From positions 1-64,000 of the IMG/VR virus record IMGVR_UViG_3300037420_001736: a DNA stretch of 64,000 nucleotides, one strand, 5' to 3'. Of the stretch, positions 27,965 to 36,318 are shown piece by piece. The translations under genes were made by a program, and so were the position numbers. Within the stretch, counting starts at the first letter, position 1, and every line of letters begins with the position of its first letter. Origin of the DNA: a virus. The notes under the pieces are model-generated. The model did no database searches. It was not told the DNA's origin and saw nothing but the letters and a program-made list of their open reading frames with translations.

Positions 27965-28019
27965 GAACCCTGCAGCGGTTGGGAGGAGGAGGGTGCTGCA
28001 GGGGGTCGGAAGGGCCAGT

Positions 28020-28199
28020 CTAGCGCCAGGGCCGCGCACCCCAGACGTCGCGCCAGGCGTATTTCCACACTCGGAACCAGGTTGCCCAGCGCTCACGGAT
28101 CACGTCGTCAGTGTGGGCGGCCAACCCTTCGAGGATGAGCGCGATGACGATGCCGAGGCAGATGGTCCAGACGATCACTTCCATGGTGGGTTCCTTCAT
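28020..28199 (-). CDS. Small membrane protein
   Basis: MKEPTMEVIVWTICLGIVIALILEGL. ATGA overlap with the PAPS-reductase-like gene. Confidence 0.5.
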   Translation of the reverse strand: MKEPTMEVIVWTICLGIVIALILEGLAAHTDDVIRERWATWFRVWKYAWRDVWGARPWR

Positions 28200-29065
28200 G
28201 GCCGCAGCAGCTCGGCCTCGTCTTCGATTTCCTCGGCCTTCGCTTCTGCCATGTCGCTCCAGGCGAAGTTGCGGCCGAGGCCTTTGACCGTGTCCAGGCC
28301 GTGCTTGCCGTCGCGCGCGCCGCGCTCGATGTCCAGCGCGCGGTGGAACAGCACCGGGTGCGTGTCGCGCAGCCAGACGATCTCCGACTTCTTGCTGGCG
28401 GGGCAGAAGAAGCATGCGCTCTTGGGCGGCACCGGCAGGCCGACCGACTTGATGAGCTCGATGCAGCCCTCGCGATCCAGGTCCCACTCAGGCAGCGGGT
28501 ACCAGTATTCGTAGCGCGCCGCATCCTTGTGGCCGGCGGCCATCTTCTTGGCGCAGGCGCGGTCTGCCTTCAGGCGCCGCCTGGTGTCGGCCTTGCCGGC
28601 GTCGTAGCCGATCGCGCGCCGCACCTTCAGGCCGGCAGCCCAGGCTGCCTTCGCAGGCTCCCAGCTCTCCATCCACTTGTCGATCGGTGCGATCTTGAAC
28701 ACCAGCGAGCAGCTGTGCATGCCGAACGCCAGGCTGGGCAGCGTTTCGTTGGACAGGCACTTGCCTTCGAGCGTGTCGTACGGCGCCCTGGTGGGCACAT
28801 AGCGCACGATCGTGAGGTCAGGGAATCCGATGCGCGCCAGCCAGGCGCGGATCACTGGGATGTAGGCGTAGGTCTCGGGCTTCTCGCCGCCGGTGTCGGC
28901 GAACACGATCGCGTCGGGCCGGATGCCGCGGCGGTACATGCCCGCCAGCATCGCAGTGGAGTCCACGCCGATGCCGTACGAGACCACCAGCGGCGCGTCG
29001 TGCTCGTGCGGCACGCCGGCGAACAGGTCGCCAATCGCCGCGTGAATCGCACTCAAGTCGCTCAT
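28196..29065 (-). CDS. PAPS-reductase-family (PP-loop ATP pyrophosphatase-like) protein
   Basis: VVSYGIGVDSTAMLAGM...IVFADTGGEKPETYAYI (variant SGGxDS plus DTG). C-terminal ACFFCP. Confidence 0.75.
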   Translation of the reverse strand: MSDLSAIHAAIGDLFAGVPHEHDAPLVVSYGIGVDSTAMLAGMYRRGIRPDAIVFADTGGEKPETYAYIPVIRAWLARIGFPDLTIVRYVPTRAPYDTLEGKCLSNETLPSLAFGMHSCSLVFKIAPIDKWMESWEPAKAAWAAGLKVRRAIGYDAGKADTRRRLKADRACAKKMAAGHKDAARYEYWYPLPEWDLDREGCIELIKSVGLPVPPKSACFFCPASKKSEIVWLRDTHPVLFHRALDIERGARDGKHGLDTVKGLGRNFAWSDMAEAKAEEIEDEAELLRP

Positions 29066-29131
29066 TTCAAACCCCTTTCCGCTACAGCTTGATTGTACGC
29101 CGTAACGAACGATTCATGTGTCGTTGAGGGG

Positions 29132-29326
29132 CTACAGCTTGAGCATCTTCTTCGGCCGCTTCGGTGCCGGCGTGACGGTGAACCCGGGCGGGATCAGCCA
29201 GTCGCGCCCCAGCTTTTTGGCGCCAGTGATGCGGCCGGCCTCGGCCAGCACCTGGATGCGGCGCACGCTTACCTTGCACAGCTTGGCGGCCTGTCTGGCG
29301 GTGATGTAGTCGGGGATGGTGGTCAT
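29132..29326 (-). CDS. Excisionase-family HTH DNA-binding protein
   Basis: MTTIPDYITARQAAKLCKVSVRRIQVLAEAGRITGAKKLGRDWLIP. ATGA overlap upstream. Confidence 0.65.
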   Translation of the reverse strand: MTTIPDYITARQAAKLCKVSVRRIQVLAEAGRITGAKKLGRDWLIPPGFTVTPAPKRPKKMLKL

Positions 29327-29973
29327 GCTGTCACGGCCTCCGCTTCGAGCTCGGTGCGCAGCTGCGCTACCAGGTGCGGCCAGAGGTCGCGCCAGAAGCC
29401 ACGTGCGGCAGGCTTGATCCTGGTGGTGGTGCGCTCCCACGGCTCGGACAGAAAGTTGCGGATGTCATCAGCGTCGGCGCCGCGGTTGAGGATGCGGCCG
29501 ATGCCGTCCTCGTCGAACTCGCTGCTGATCTCGTGGCAGGCCTCGACGAAGTCGCGCTCGCTGGCCTCCAGCTGGAGGGAACGGTCCTCGATCGCATCCC
29601 AGAGCGCGCGCGCCGTCTCTTTGCTCCAGCCATTGAATCGGCGGTGCTCGATCACCTGCTGGCGCAGCGCTTTGACCGAACCATCGCCGTCGAACTCGGT
29701 CAGGTCGGCACCCATGAACTTGGTGAAGACATAGTCCATGTCGGCGCCGACCAGGAACCGATAGAACGGCACGCCGCAGTGCCCCCACTGGTAGGCCCAG
29801 CTGCCGAAGCTGCTGTAGATCATGATCTCGCCGCACTCGCGCGGCTCGCCGCCGCTGAGCTTGGTGCCGTCGACGCGCCAGGCGCGCAGCGCGATCGTGG
29901 CCCACTCGTGGTCGCCGTGGCCGCCGCGGATGCGGTAGACGGTGAAGCCGGTGTCTTTGGTGATGGAGGGCAT
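29323..29973 (-). CDS. Hypothetical protein
   Basis: 216-aa track ORF, overlap-coupled at both ends. Confidence 0.55.
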   Translation of the reverse strand: MPSITKDTGFTVYRIRGGHGDHEWATIALRAWRVDGTKLSGGEPRECGEIMIYSSFGSWAYQWGHCGVPFYRFLVGADMDYVFTKFMGADLTEFDGDGSVKALRQQVIEHRRFNGWSKETARALWDAIEDRSLQLEASERDFVEACHEISSEFDEDGIGRILNRGADADDIRNFLSEPWERTTTRIKPAARGFWRDLWPHLVAQLRTELEAEAVTA

Positions 29974-30398
29974 CAGCGGAACCTACGGTTCACCGGCTCG
30001 GGCGCCGGCGTGGGGTTGAGGCGTTCGGCGTCGATCATCTGGTCGATGCGCAGCAGTCGCGCGAGCATCTCGCGCTCGACCTGCTGGCGCAGCGCATGCA
30101 GGGCCAGCGCCTTGGTGCTGAAGATCGGTTTGTCGCCATGACTCCAGCTGATGTCACGCGACGCGGCGTGCTTGCGCTCGCCCACGTAGTACAAGCTGCC
30201 GTCGACGAATGCCGTGCGAACGGCGTCGCTGGTGGTGCCGCTGTAACTGTCCGGCAGGAACCCGGCGCGCACTGGGCTGATGATCAGGTCCGGCTTGATG
30301 TCGACGTCGAATGCAAATTGGAAGCGCGCGGCGCGCGCCAGGTCTCGATCGCGCTGCAGCTGCTCCAGCTGCTCGCGCTCCTTCTTGGTCATGGGCAA
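29973..30398 (-). CDS. Hypothetical protein
   Basis: 141-aa track ORF. Confidence 0.5.
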   Translation of the reverse strand: MPMTKKEREQLEQLQRDRDLARAARFQFAFDVDIKPDLIISPVRAGFLPDSYSGTTSDAVRTAFVDGSLYYVGERKHAASRDISWSHGDKPIFSTKALALHALRQQVEREMLARLLRIDQMIDAERLNPTPAPEPVNRRFR

Positions 30399-30408
30399 GT
30401 GGATCTCC

Positions 30409-30834
30409 TCAGAGTGATTGGATGATGTTCGCGACGTCGATCGCCTCCAGCCCCACCGGCTCGGCCTGCAGCAGCCGATAGGGCAGCGCCTGCAGCTGGT
30501 CGTCGTCGAGGTGGTCCAGCTGGCGCATCGCAGCCATGACGTAGCTGCGGCGCATGCGCGTGACGTTCTGCGGGTCGCGGCTCTCGGCCTCGACCGTGCT
30601 GTCGACGAACTGCTTCATCACGCCTTCGCAGAACTCGCGCGGCTTCTGCCTGGCGAGCTCGCGCGCGATCAGCGCCGACCAGCCGCCGAAGCCCAGCGGC
30701 CGGTCGTGGTCGTCGGTCACCACCGCGTTGGGGTCGCAGCGGAACAGGTCGTAGGCGGCCTGGCGCATGCCCTGCAGGTACAGGCGCTGCACTGAGCGCG
30801 CGATCTCGCTGGCGATGGGTGGGTGCGCGGTCAT
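30409..30834 (-). CDS. Hypothetical protein
   Basis: 141-aa track ORF. Confidence 0.5.
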   Translation of the reverse strand: MTAHPPIASEIARSVQRLYLQGMRQAAYDLFRCDPNAVVTDDHDRPLGFGGWSALIARELARQKPREFCEGVMKQFVDSTVEAESRDPQNVTRMRRSYVMAAMRQLDHLDDDQLQALPYRLLQAEPVGLEAIDVANIIQSL

Positions 30835-31550
30835 GCGGGCTGGGCCTCGGTGGTGGCGGGCGCCGCGGCCGCGGGCGGCGATGCGGGATCGCGCTTGGCC
30901 TTGGCGAACGTGTTCAGCCAGGCGCTGCGCTTCACCGGATCGATCGAGTTGTCATTCATCGGCATGATCATCAGCATGACGTTGTCGTGGCCGGCGAAGC
31001 GCCAGACGGTGACTGCTCGATCGCTTGCCTCCTGGAACGACTCGACGCCAGCCGCGAACGCCTTGCCGCCCTTGGCGATGGCCTCCAGCGGCCGCTGCAG
31101 GTAGTCGAGGTTGAAGGCTGAGCGCGAACCCTTCTCCAGCTTACTGAAGTCGGGCAGCACGCTAGTGCGCCACGTCGGAAAGCGGCCCTCGATGACGGCA
31201 TCGCTCAGCTGCATGTTGACCGGCAGGCCGAGCTTGTCCTTCAGCAGCAGCGCCGGCTTGTCGTCGTGGCGAACCAGCTCCAGGCGGGCGTCCTCTGTGT
31301 CGTTGCGGCTGCCCACCTTCGGCAGCAGCATGCTGGTCACCCCGTTGGGGCTGAGGATGATCGACGGCTCGTCGCAGGTGCCGGTCGGGTCGATGATGGC
31401 GATCAGGCTGTGGCCGTTGGTGGCCGCGATGTAGACGCCACCCTCCTCGCGCGGCTGCACCTCGATGCCGCGCAGGTAGTAGCGGATGTCGACGTCGGCC
31501 TTGCACGTGAGCGCCAGGCGCGCGTAGCTGGCGCGGATGCAGGTGGTCAT
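30831..31550 (-). CDS. Beta sliding-clamp-like (DnaN-like) short protein
   Basis: RYYLRGIEVQPREEGGVYIAATNGHSLIAI parallels the DnaN N-terminal motif (..ATDGHRLA). Only 239 aa. Confidence 0.4.
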   Translation of the reverse strand: MTTCIRASYARLALTCKADVDIRYYLRGIEVQPREEGGVYIAATNGHSLIAIIDPTGTCDEPSIILSPNGVTSMLLPKVGSRNDTEDARLELVRHDDKPALLLKDKLGLPVNMQLSDAVIEGRFPTWRTSVLPDFSKLEKGSRSAFNLDYLQRPLEAIAKGGKAFAAGVESFQEASDRAVTVWRFAGHDNVMLMIMPMNDNSIDPVKRSAWLNTFAKAKRDPASPPAAAAPATTEAQPA

Positions 31551-31918
31551 CAGTACACCCCCTGTGCGCGTGCCTCGGCCTTGCGGTTGGCCGTAGCGAT
31601 CTCCTCCAGCCGCTGCAGGTCCTTCAGCATCGCGCGGTCGTTGAGCTTGGCGGCCAGGCGCTTGATGATGCCAAGCATCTCCTGGTTGGCCTCCAGCAGC
31701 GCGATGGCCTCGTCCAGCGGCGCGACGATCCAGGTGTCGTGGTGGAGCTTCACCTTGCCTTTGATGAACTCGTCGATCGGCATGCTCACGATCGGCTCCT
31801 CGAAGTGAGGGTTGCTGCTCACGAGCTCGGTACTGAAGCCGAAGCTGGCACGCTCCAGCGTGGCAGACTCGCGCGCCTCCTTCAGGCGCGTGACGATGCG
31901 GTCGATGACAGTGGTCAT
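31550..31918 (-). CDS. Hypothetical protein
   Basis: 122-aa track ORF. Confidence 0.5.
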   Translation of the reverse strand: MTTVIDRIVTRLKEARESATLERASFGFSTELVSSNPHFEEPIVSMPIDEFIKGKVKLHHDTWIVAPLDEAIALLEANQEMLGIIKRLAAKLNDRAMLKDLQRLEEIATANRKAEARAQGVY

Positions 31919-31960
31919 GGTGTCAGGCCCGGGGCTGCCGGGCGGTGGTGGGGGTGGGTG

Positions 31961-32317
31961 TCAGGCCTCAGCCTTCAGCTGCGCGAGCTCGGCCTGGTAC
32001 TTCGGAATGGCCTGCTCCAGCCACTTGATGCGGTCGGCCTTCTTCTTGGCGGCCGCAGCGGCCTCGCGCTTCGCCTTCTCGATCACCTCGAAGCGCTCGC
32101 CGGTGCTGTCCAGGTGCGCTTGGTAGCGCTTTGCCATCTTGGCCGCGTTCATGCGCAGGCCGGCGACCTGGCGGTTCTCGCCGGTGGAGAAGTAGGTGGT
32201 GGTGCCCCAGCAGAAGGTGCCGTCGGTGTGCTTGACGACAGCGCGCACCGTGGGCCGAACGCGGCAGTCGGACAGGTTCATGCCCTCGCCGCGCACGATC
32301 TCGACTTGGTAGTCCAT
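31961..32317 (-). CDS. Hypothetical protein with C-terminal coiled coil
   Basis: 118-aa track ORF. Lys/Ala-rich helical tail. Confidence 0.5.
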   Translation of the reverse strand: MDYQVEIVRGEGMNLSDCRVRPTVRAVVKHTDGTFCWGTTTYFSTGENRQVAGLRMNAAKMAKRYQAHLDSTGERFEVIEKAKREAAAAAKKKADRIKWLEQAIPKYQAELAQLKAEA

Positions 32318-32359
32318 TGGGTCTCCAGGTGATGCCCGGCGCGCGGCCGGGCGGGGTGG

Positions 32360-32449
32360 TCAGAGCCAGCCGGCAGCCCTGCCGGCGCGGATCACTGCCG
32401 AGCTCAGGGCCAGGCCGGTTGCGCAGCAGGCGATGGTCAGCAGCAGCAT
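32360..32449 (-). CDS. 29-aa hydrophobic peptide
   Basis: GGAGA RBS, then MLLLTIACCATGLALSSAVIRAGRAAGWL. Below the ORF-track size cutoff. Confidence 0.35.
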   Translation of the reverse strand: MLLLTIACCATGLALSSAVIRAGRAAGWL

Positions 32450-32461
32450 GGTCAGGTCTCC

Positions 32462-32875
32462 TTAGAAACTGAAGTCGTAGTGCTCGTCGCGGCGGCCGAG
32501 CATCAGGCCGTTGCCGCGGTGCTTCTTGCCCCAGCGGCTGATGTCGTTCTCGGCACAGAGGCGCCAGCCGGCGCTGGGGTCGTCGATGGGCCGGCGGAAG
32601 TAGCTGCGGGCGCCGCTCACGTTCGGCCTGTAGCTGTAGTCCTGGCAGTCCGACATGCCGAGCGCGTCGGTGCGCTTCACGTGGTCGCGGCGCACCTCGA
32701 TGAAGCGGAAGTTACCCCGCTCCCACACGCGGAACACCGTGCAGGCGTGGCGGTCGCTCCACATCAGGATCGTGGCACCCATGCCGGCCACCGGATCGGG
32801 CTGGCCGATCGTCGCGCGGCTGTGCAGGTGGTTGATCAGGCTGCTGGTTTCGCTGCCAAGTCGCATCGCCATCAC
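32462..32875 (-). CDS. Hypothetical protein (first gene of the leftward early operon)
   Basis: 137-aa track ORF. Confidence 0.5.
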   Translation of the reverse strand: MMAMRLGSETSSLINHLHSRATIGQPDPVAGMGATILMWSDRHACTVFRVWERGNFRFIEVRRDHVKRTDALGMSDCQDYSYRPNVSGARSYFRRPIDDPSAGWRLCAENDISRWGKKHRGNGLMLGRRDEHYDFSF

Positions 32876-33067
32876 GCTCTCCTTCGTTCCTTCGTTTCGA
32901 CAGCTCTAGTGTACGTGCAGACGAACGATAGCAGCCGTTCCACCTACTCTTTTTTGATACATCGTCGTTATTTGGATCCTCAAATTCGATACAACATTGT
33001 CTAAGCATAGGTGCGCGTAGGCGAACGATTCATGAGACTATAGAGGCCTGGAGAAAAGGAGTTCGTG
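32876..33067. promoter_or_regulatory. Divergent early promoter/operator region
   Basis: Low-GC spacer. GTATCAAAAAAGAG box on the minus strand (about 32947-32962). Operator-like TCCTCAAATTCGATAC (32977-32992). Confidence 0.55.
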
Positions 33068-33244
33068 ATGCCCCGCTTCCATCACTACGACGACCGGCGC
33101 TTCTACCTGGTGGCCCTGATGGCCGATGCGCTCGGCGCCAGCGAGCTGCCCTGGGCGGTCGACTCGGTGTTCCGCATGTTCGCGGTCGAGGTCGACAACG
33201 AAATCGAGTTCTACGAGGCGCGGCTGGCCGCGGTGGCCGGCTGA
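33068..33244 (+). CDS. Small hypothetical protein (58 aa)
   Basis: AAGGAG RBS. MPRFHHYDDRRFYLVALMADAL. Below the track cutoff. Confidence 0.5.
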   Translation: MPRFHHYDDRRFYLVALMADALGASELPWAVDSVFRMFAVEVDNEIEFYEARLAAVAG

Positions 33245-33297
33245 TCCCAGCGACCTGCCCGGCGGCAGGTCAGTGTGATCAACCGAAGGAGAGAGCG
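33245..33297 (+). repeat. Intergenic hairpin-RBS cassette, divergent copy R1
   Basis: GACCTGCC-cggc-GGCAGGTC hairpin, then AGTGTGATCAACCGAAGGAGAGAGCG-ATG. Confidence 0.55.
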
Positions 33298-33486
33298 ATG
33301 AACCAGATGCGATTGGTGGTCGACGGAACGGACGAGTACGGCAACTACGCCGGTGACGCCCAGAACGCTCCGTTCGTGGTCTTCGACATCGAGCGGCAAG
33401 AGAACATCGCCGGCCCCTTCCCGACGCGCGAGCGCGCCGAGCAGGCCCTGGAGTTCATCAAGCGCAACGCGCTGGCGATGGCCTGA
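33298..33486 (+). CDS. Small hypothetical protein
   Basis: 62-aa track ORF. Confidence 0.5.
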   Translation: MNQMRLVVDGTDEYGNYAGDAQNAPFVVFDIERQENIAGPFPTRERAEQALEFIKRNALAMA

Positions 33487-33533
33487 TAGCGACTAGCGCA
33501 ACTAGCACCCACTACACACAAGGAGAGATAGCG

Positions 33534-33764
33534 ATGAAGCATGTACTGCCCGACCTGGTGATCGGCACCGGCGGCGTGATCGTCACCACCGGCGCCATGC
33601 TGGCGATGGATTACGCCCACCAGTGCTCCGAGTGCGTGATCGAGCTGGCCGCGCATTCGATCGATGCGCCGGAGGAGATCCTGAACGGCAGCACCAGCGC
33701 GCCGTGCGGGGAGCCGTTCCAGGGCTTCTCCTTCCGTGAAGGTTACCGGCTGCGCGCCCGCTGA
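33534..33764 (+). CDS. Small hypothetical protein (one TM-like segment)
   Basis: 76-aa track ORF. Confidence 0.5.
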   Translation: MKHVLPDLVIGTGGVIVTTGAMLAMDYAHQCSECVIELAAHSIDAPEEILNGSTSAPCGEPFQGFSFREGYRLRAR

Positions 33765-33824
33765 CGGCTGCAGCCGCGCAGGGCCTGCCGGGCCCTGGCG
33801 AGTGCAACCCGATGGAGAGAAGCG
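33762..33824 (+). repeat. Intergenic hairpin-RBS cassette copy R2
   Basis: TGACGGCTGCAGCC, then a CAGGGCC..GGCCCTG hairpin, then AGTGCAACCCGATGGAGA. Confidence 0.65.
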
Positions 33825-34058
33825 ATGGGAATGGCTGGAAGCACCTTGCGAAAGATCATCGACAGGAATGGGGCCGTGTTCACCGCAACCGTGCCTGCCA
33901 CCAAGTTCACGCCCGGCAGCGTCAACCACTTCGCCACCGAACTGCAGCGCGACAAGTTCGTCATGAACCTGCTGCGGCACGGTGACCACGCCGTTCCAGG
34001 GACTGTCGACGCTGCGTCGTGCCTGGGGCTGTTGACGAAAGAGGACTACCTGGTATGA
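33825..34058 (+). CDS. Small hypothetical protein
   Basis: 77-aa track ORF. Confidence 0.5.
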   Translation: MGMAGSTLRKIIDRNGAVFTATVPATKFTPGSVNHFATELQRDKFVMNLLRHGDHAVPGTVDAASCLGLLTKEDYLV

Positions 34059-34303
34059 GCCGCTTGGCTGCCTGGTGCCCGCAGGGCGCAAAGCTGTTCA
34101 CCAGCGAGGACCTGCGGCTCCGGGAAGAAGATGGGGCACGGGTCCTGGGCTACCGGTGCCCCCGGTGCGGCCGCGTCGTCCAGGCCAGCGAGTGGAAGGA
34201 CAGCAACCGGGTGGCGAACGGCGACAGCCGGGGCTGGGTTGGCACGTCCGGCATGCGCTGGCCGCGCCACTACAGCTGGGCGCAGGGAATGAAGAAACGC
34301 TGA
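34055..34303 (+). CDS. Small zinc-ribbon protein
   Basis: ATGA overlap. MSRLAAWCPQG...YRCPRCGRVV. Confidence 0.5.
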   Translation: MSRLAAWCPQGAKLFTSEDLRLREEDGARVLGYRCPRCGRVVQASEWKDSNRVANGDSRGWVGTSGMRWPRHYSWAQGMKKR

Positions 34304-34345
34304 CGGCTGCAGCGGCCTGCCCACGCGGCAGGCCAGTGCAACCCG
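34301..34345 (+). repeat. Intergenic hairpin-RBS cassette copy R3
   Basis: TGACGGCTGCAGCGGCCTGCC-cacgc-GGCAGGCCAGTGCAACCCGATGGAGACCCTG-ATG. Confidence 0.7.
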
Positions 34346-34678
34346 ATGGAGACCCTGATGCAAGCCCTCCCCTCGAACCCTGAGCCGCCGGCACGCCTGG
34401 GCGCCCTTCAGCTGGCCCTCTATAACAGCGTGCTGTCCATAGCGAAGGCATTCGACGACAGCGTCGAAACGCTGGACCCGCGCCGGGCCTCCGTCACGCT
34501 GCTGAACTTCATGCGGGCGAACCCGGGCCTGGATGAGCGACAAGCGCGTCGCGCCGCGGATGCGCTGGTGGCGCGTCGCATCCTCAAGGTCAGCAAGATC
34601 GGCTGGTCGCTGGCTGATCTGGAATACGAGCGCCTGCTGCAGCAGCGGGTGCGCGAGCTGACTGGACCCAACACCTGA
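34346..34678 (+). CDS. Hypothetical protein
   Basis: 110-aa track ORF. Confidence 0.5.
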   Translation: METLMQALPSNPEPPARLGALQLALYNSVLSIAKAFDDSVETLDPRRASVTLLNFMRANPGLDERQARRAADALVARRILKVSKIGWSLADLEYERLLQQRVRELTGPNT

Positions 34679-34738
34679 CCGGCTGACGGTGGCAGCGGCT
34701 TGCCCAGTGGCAGGCCAGTGCAACCCGATGGAGACCCT
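34676..34738 (+). repeat. Intergenic hairpin-RBS cassette copy R4
   Basis: TGACCGGCTGACGGTGGCAGCGGCTTGCC-cagt-GGCAGGCCAGTGCAACCCGATGGAGACCCT-ATG. Confidence 0.7.
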
Positions 34739-34915
34739 ATGGCATCCCCTGATGAGACACCGATCCAAGCCGCCATCCGCGGCCTGGAGGAGCGCGCCGC
34801 GGCGCGTGAGGCGGCCGCCGCGCACCTGAACCAGCTGGCCGAGACCGTCGGCGCCAAGCCCGTGGTGCGTGGCCTGGTGGTGCTGGCCAGCGTCGCGCAG
34901 GGGCGGCTGCCGTGA
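34739..34915 (+). CDS. Small hypothetical protein
   Basis: GGAGA RBS supplied by the cassette. MASPDETPIQAAIRGLEE. Confidence 0.5.
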   Translation: MASPDETPIQAAIRGLEERAAAREAAAAHLNQLAETVGAKPVVRGLVVLASVAQGRLP

Positions 34916-35331
34916 GGCCGGCGCAACGCCTGCTGGCGCGCGCCGCCGCGCATGCCGTCGAGGACTACCAGCGCCGCGAGGCCGAGCTGCGCGAGCTCGG
35001 GCCGGCGCTCGCGCACCTGGACGAGTTCGTGCCGGCGCTGGCCGCGCGCGGGCTGGAGATCGGCATCAGCGACTACAGCCTGAAGCTGGAGCACTACTAC
35101 CCCAGCGGCAGCATCCTGGGCCGCAAGCTCAAGGTGGTGCGCCTGCACACCCGCGGCATCGTGACCAGCGACGCTCGGGTGGCGAAGTGGATCACCGCGC
35201 TGGAGGAGCTGGGCTTCAAGGAGATCGAGCGCAGCACCGGCTCCTACCCGACGGTGCTGCTGCGCAAGGGGCCGCTGCTGGTGAGGGTGGATGCGCCGGT
35301 GGCGCTGCCGGCGCCGGGAGGTGCGGCATGA
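34912..35331 (+). CDS. Hypothetical protein
   Basis: 139-aa track ORF with an overlap start. Confidence 0.5.
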   Translation: MRPAQRLLARAAAHAVEDYQRREAELRELGPALAHLDEFVPALAARGLEIGISDYSLKLEHYYPSGSILGRKLKVVRLHTRGIVTSDARVAKWITALEELGFKEIERSTGSYPTVLLRKGPLLVRVDAPVALPAPGGAA

Positions 35332-35588
35332 GCGGCGCAGCTATCGCCCATGCCGGCGACATGATCCTGGGTGGGCTGCTGTTCCTGATCTGCGCGGCGG
35401 CCCTGCTGGTGCTGCTGCTGCTCGGCGTGCTGCCGTTCATGGTCAGCTCCGTGCGGATGTTGCTGACGCCTGGTGATCGGTTGGAGGGCGCTGCCATCCT
35501 CCTGATTCAGCTGGTCGCAGCGACGCTGATCGTTGGGCTGCTGCTGAGCCTGACTGGCGGCGCGTTGCGCGCAGCGGGGTGGCCATGA
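35328..35588 (+). CDS. Small multi-pass membrane protein
   Basis: MSGAAIAHAGDMILGGLLFLICAAALLVLLLLGVLPFMV... 2-3 TM segments. Confidence 0.5.
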   Translation: MSGAAIAHAGDMILGGLLFLICAAALLVLLLLGVLPFMVSSVRMLLTPGDRLEGAAILLIQLVAATLIVGLLLSLTGGALRAAGWP

Positions 35589-35809
35589 AGGCGCAGCGGC
35601 TGCCCACTGGTCACAAGCTGATCAGCGATGGGCCGCCCGGCAGCCTCAAGAGCTGGACCTGGCGGTGCGAGTGCGGCGGCTGGGGCCCGGTGCCGACGCC
35701 TGACAAGGGGCCGTTCGGCAGCACCACGAGCAAGGCGCGCATCGCGCAGGTCGAGATGGCGCACGGGAAGCACGTCAAGTACGCATTGATCAAAAAGGAT
35801 ACGAAATGA
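35579..35809 (+). CDS. Small Cys-containing protein
   Basis: 76-aa track ORF. WRCECGGWGP. Confidence 0.45.
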   Translation: MAMKAQRLPTGHKLISDGPPGSLKSWTWRCECGGWGPVPTPDKGPFGSTTSKARIAQVEMAHGKHVKYALIKKDTK

Positions 35810-36318
35810 GCTCAATCCCCCCGCCGCCCCTGCGCGGCATGGTCGAGCGCCTGGTGCGCCACTTCGCGCCCGGCCCCGCGGCCGAGGCGCTGCTGCGCGA
35901 GCACCGCGGCATGCTGGAGCAGCTGGTCATGCAGGTGCACCTGGAGTGCGCGATGCTGGTGGCCGAGGCGCACGGGCAGGTCAGCCCCATCACGCACATG
36001 ACGCTGGGCCCGCACGCCAGCGAGGCCGTGCACAACGTCATCACGAACCTGGCCGGGCGCGTGCTGGCCCGGGCGGGGATGGAGCCGACGGTGTTGCCGA
36101 AGGCGCAGCCGGTGCTGACTGGTGAGCAGGTGGCGCGAATCGACAAGGCACACCGGGACGTCGTCAGGGCCACGGCGCTGCTCGGTTCGATGATTGCGCG
36201 CAATGCGGGCCAGCAGGAGTTCCGTGAGGCCGAGGAGCGCCTGGGCCAGCTGAACGCGGCCTGGGCGAGCCTGGTGGCAGACATGCTGCCTGACCCGCCG
36301 GAGGTGCGTCGTGGCTGA
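35806..36318 (+). CDS. Hypothetical protein
   Basis: 170-aa track ORF. Confidence 0.5.
   Translation: MSSIPPPPLRGMVERLVRHFAPGPAAEALLREHRGMLEQLVMQVHLECAMLVAEAHGQVSPITHMTLGPHASEAVHNVITNLAGRVLARAGMEPTVLPKAQPVLTGEQVARIDKAHRDVVRATALLGSMIARNAGQQEFREAEERLGQLNAAWASLVADMLPDPPEVRRG

Noticed and set aside
33245-34738. CRISPR-like array, suggested by repeated hairpin-containing sequences
   Set aside because: There are only 3-4 copies. Spacing is irregular (about 330-540 bp). The intervening sequences are protein-coding genes, and each repeat carries a stop codon and an RBS. It is an intergenic cassette, not a CRISPR array.
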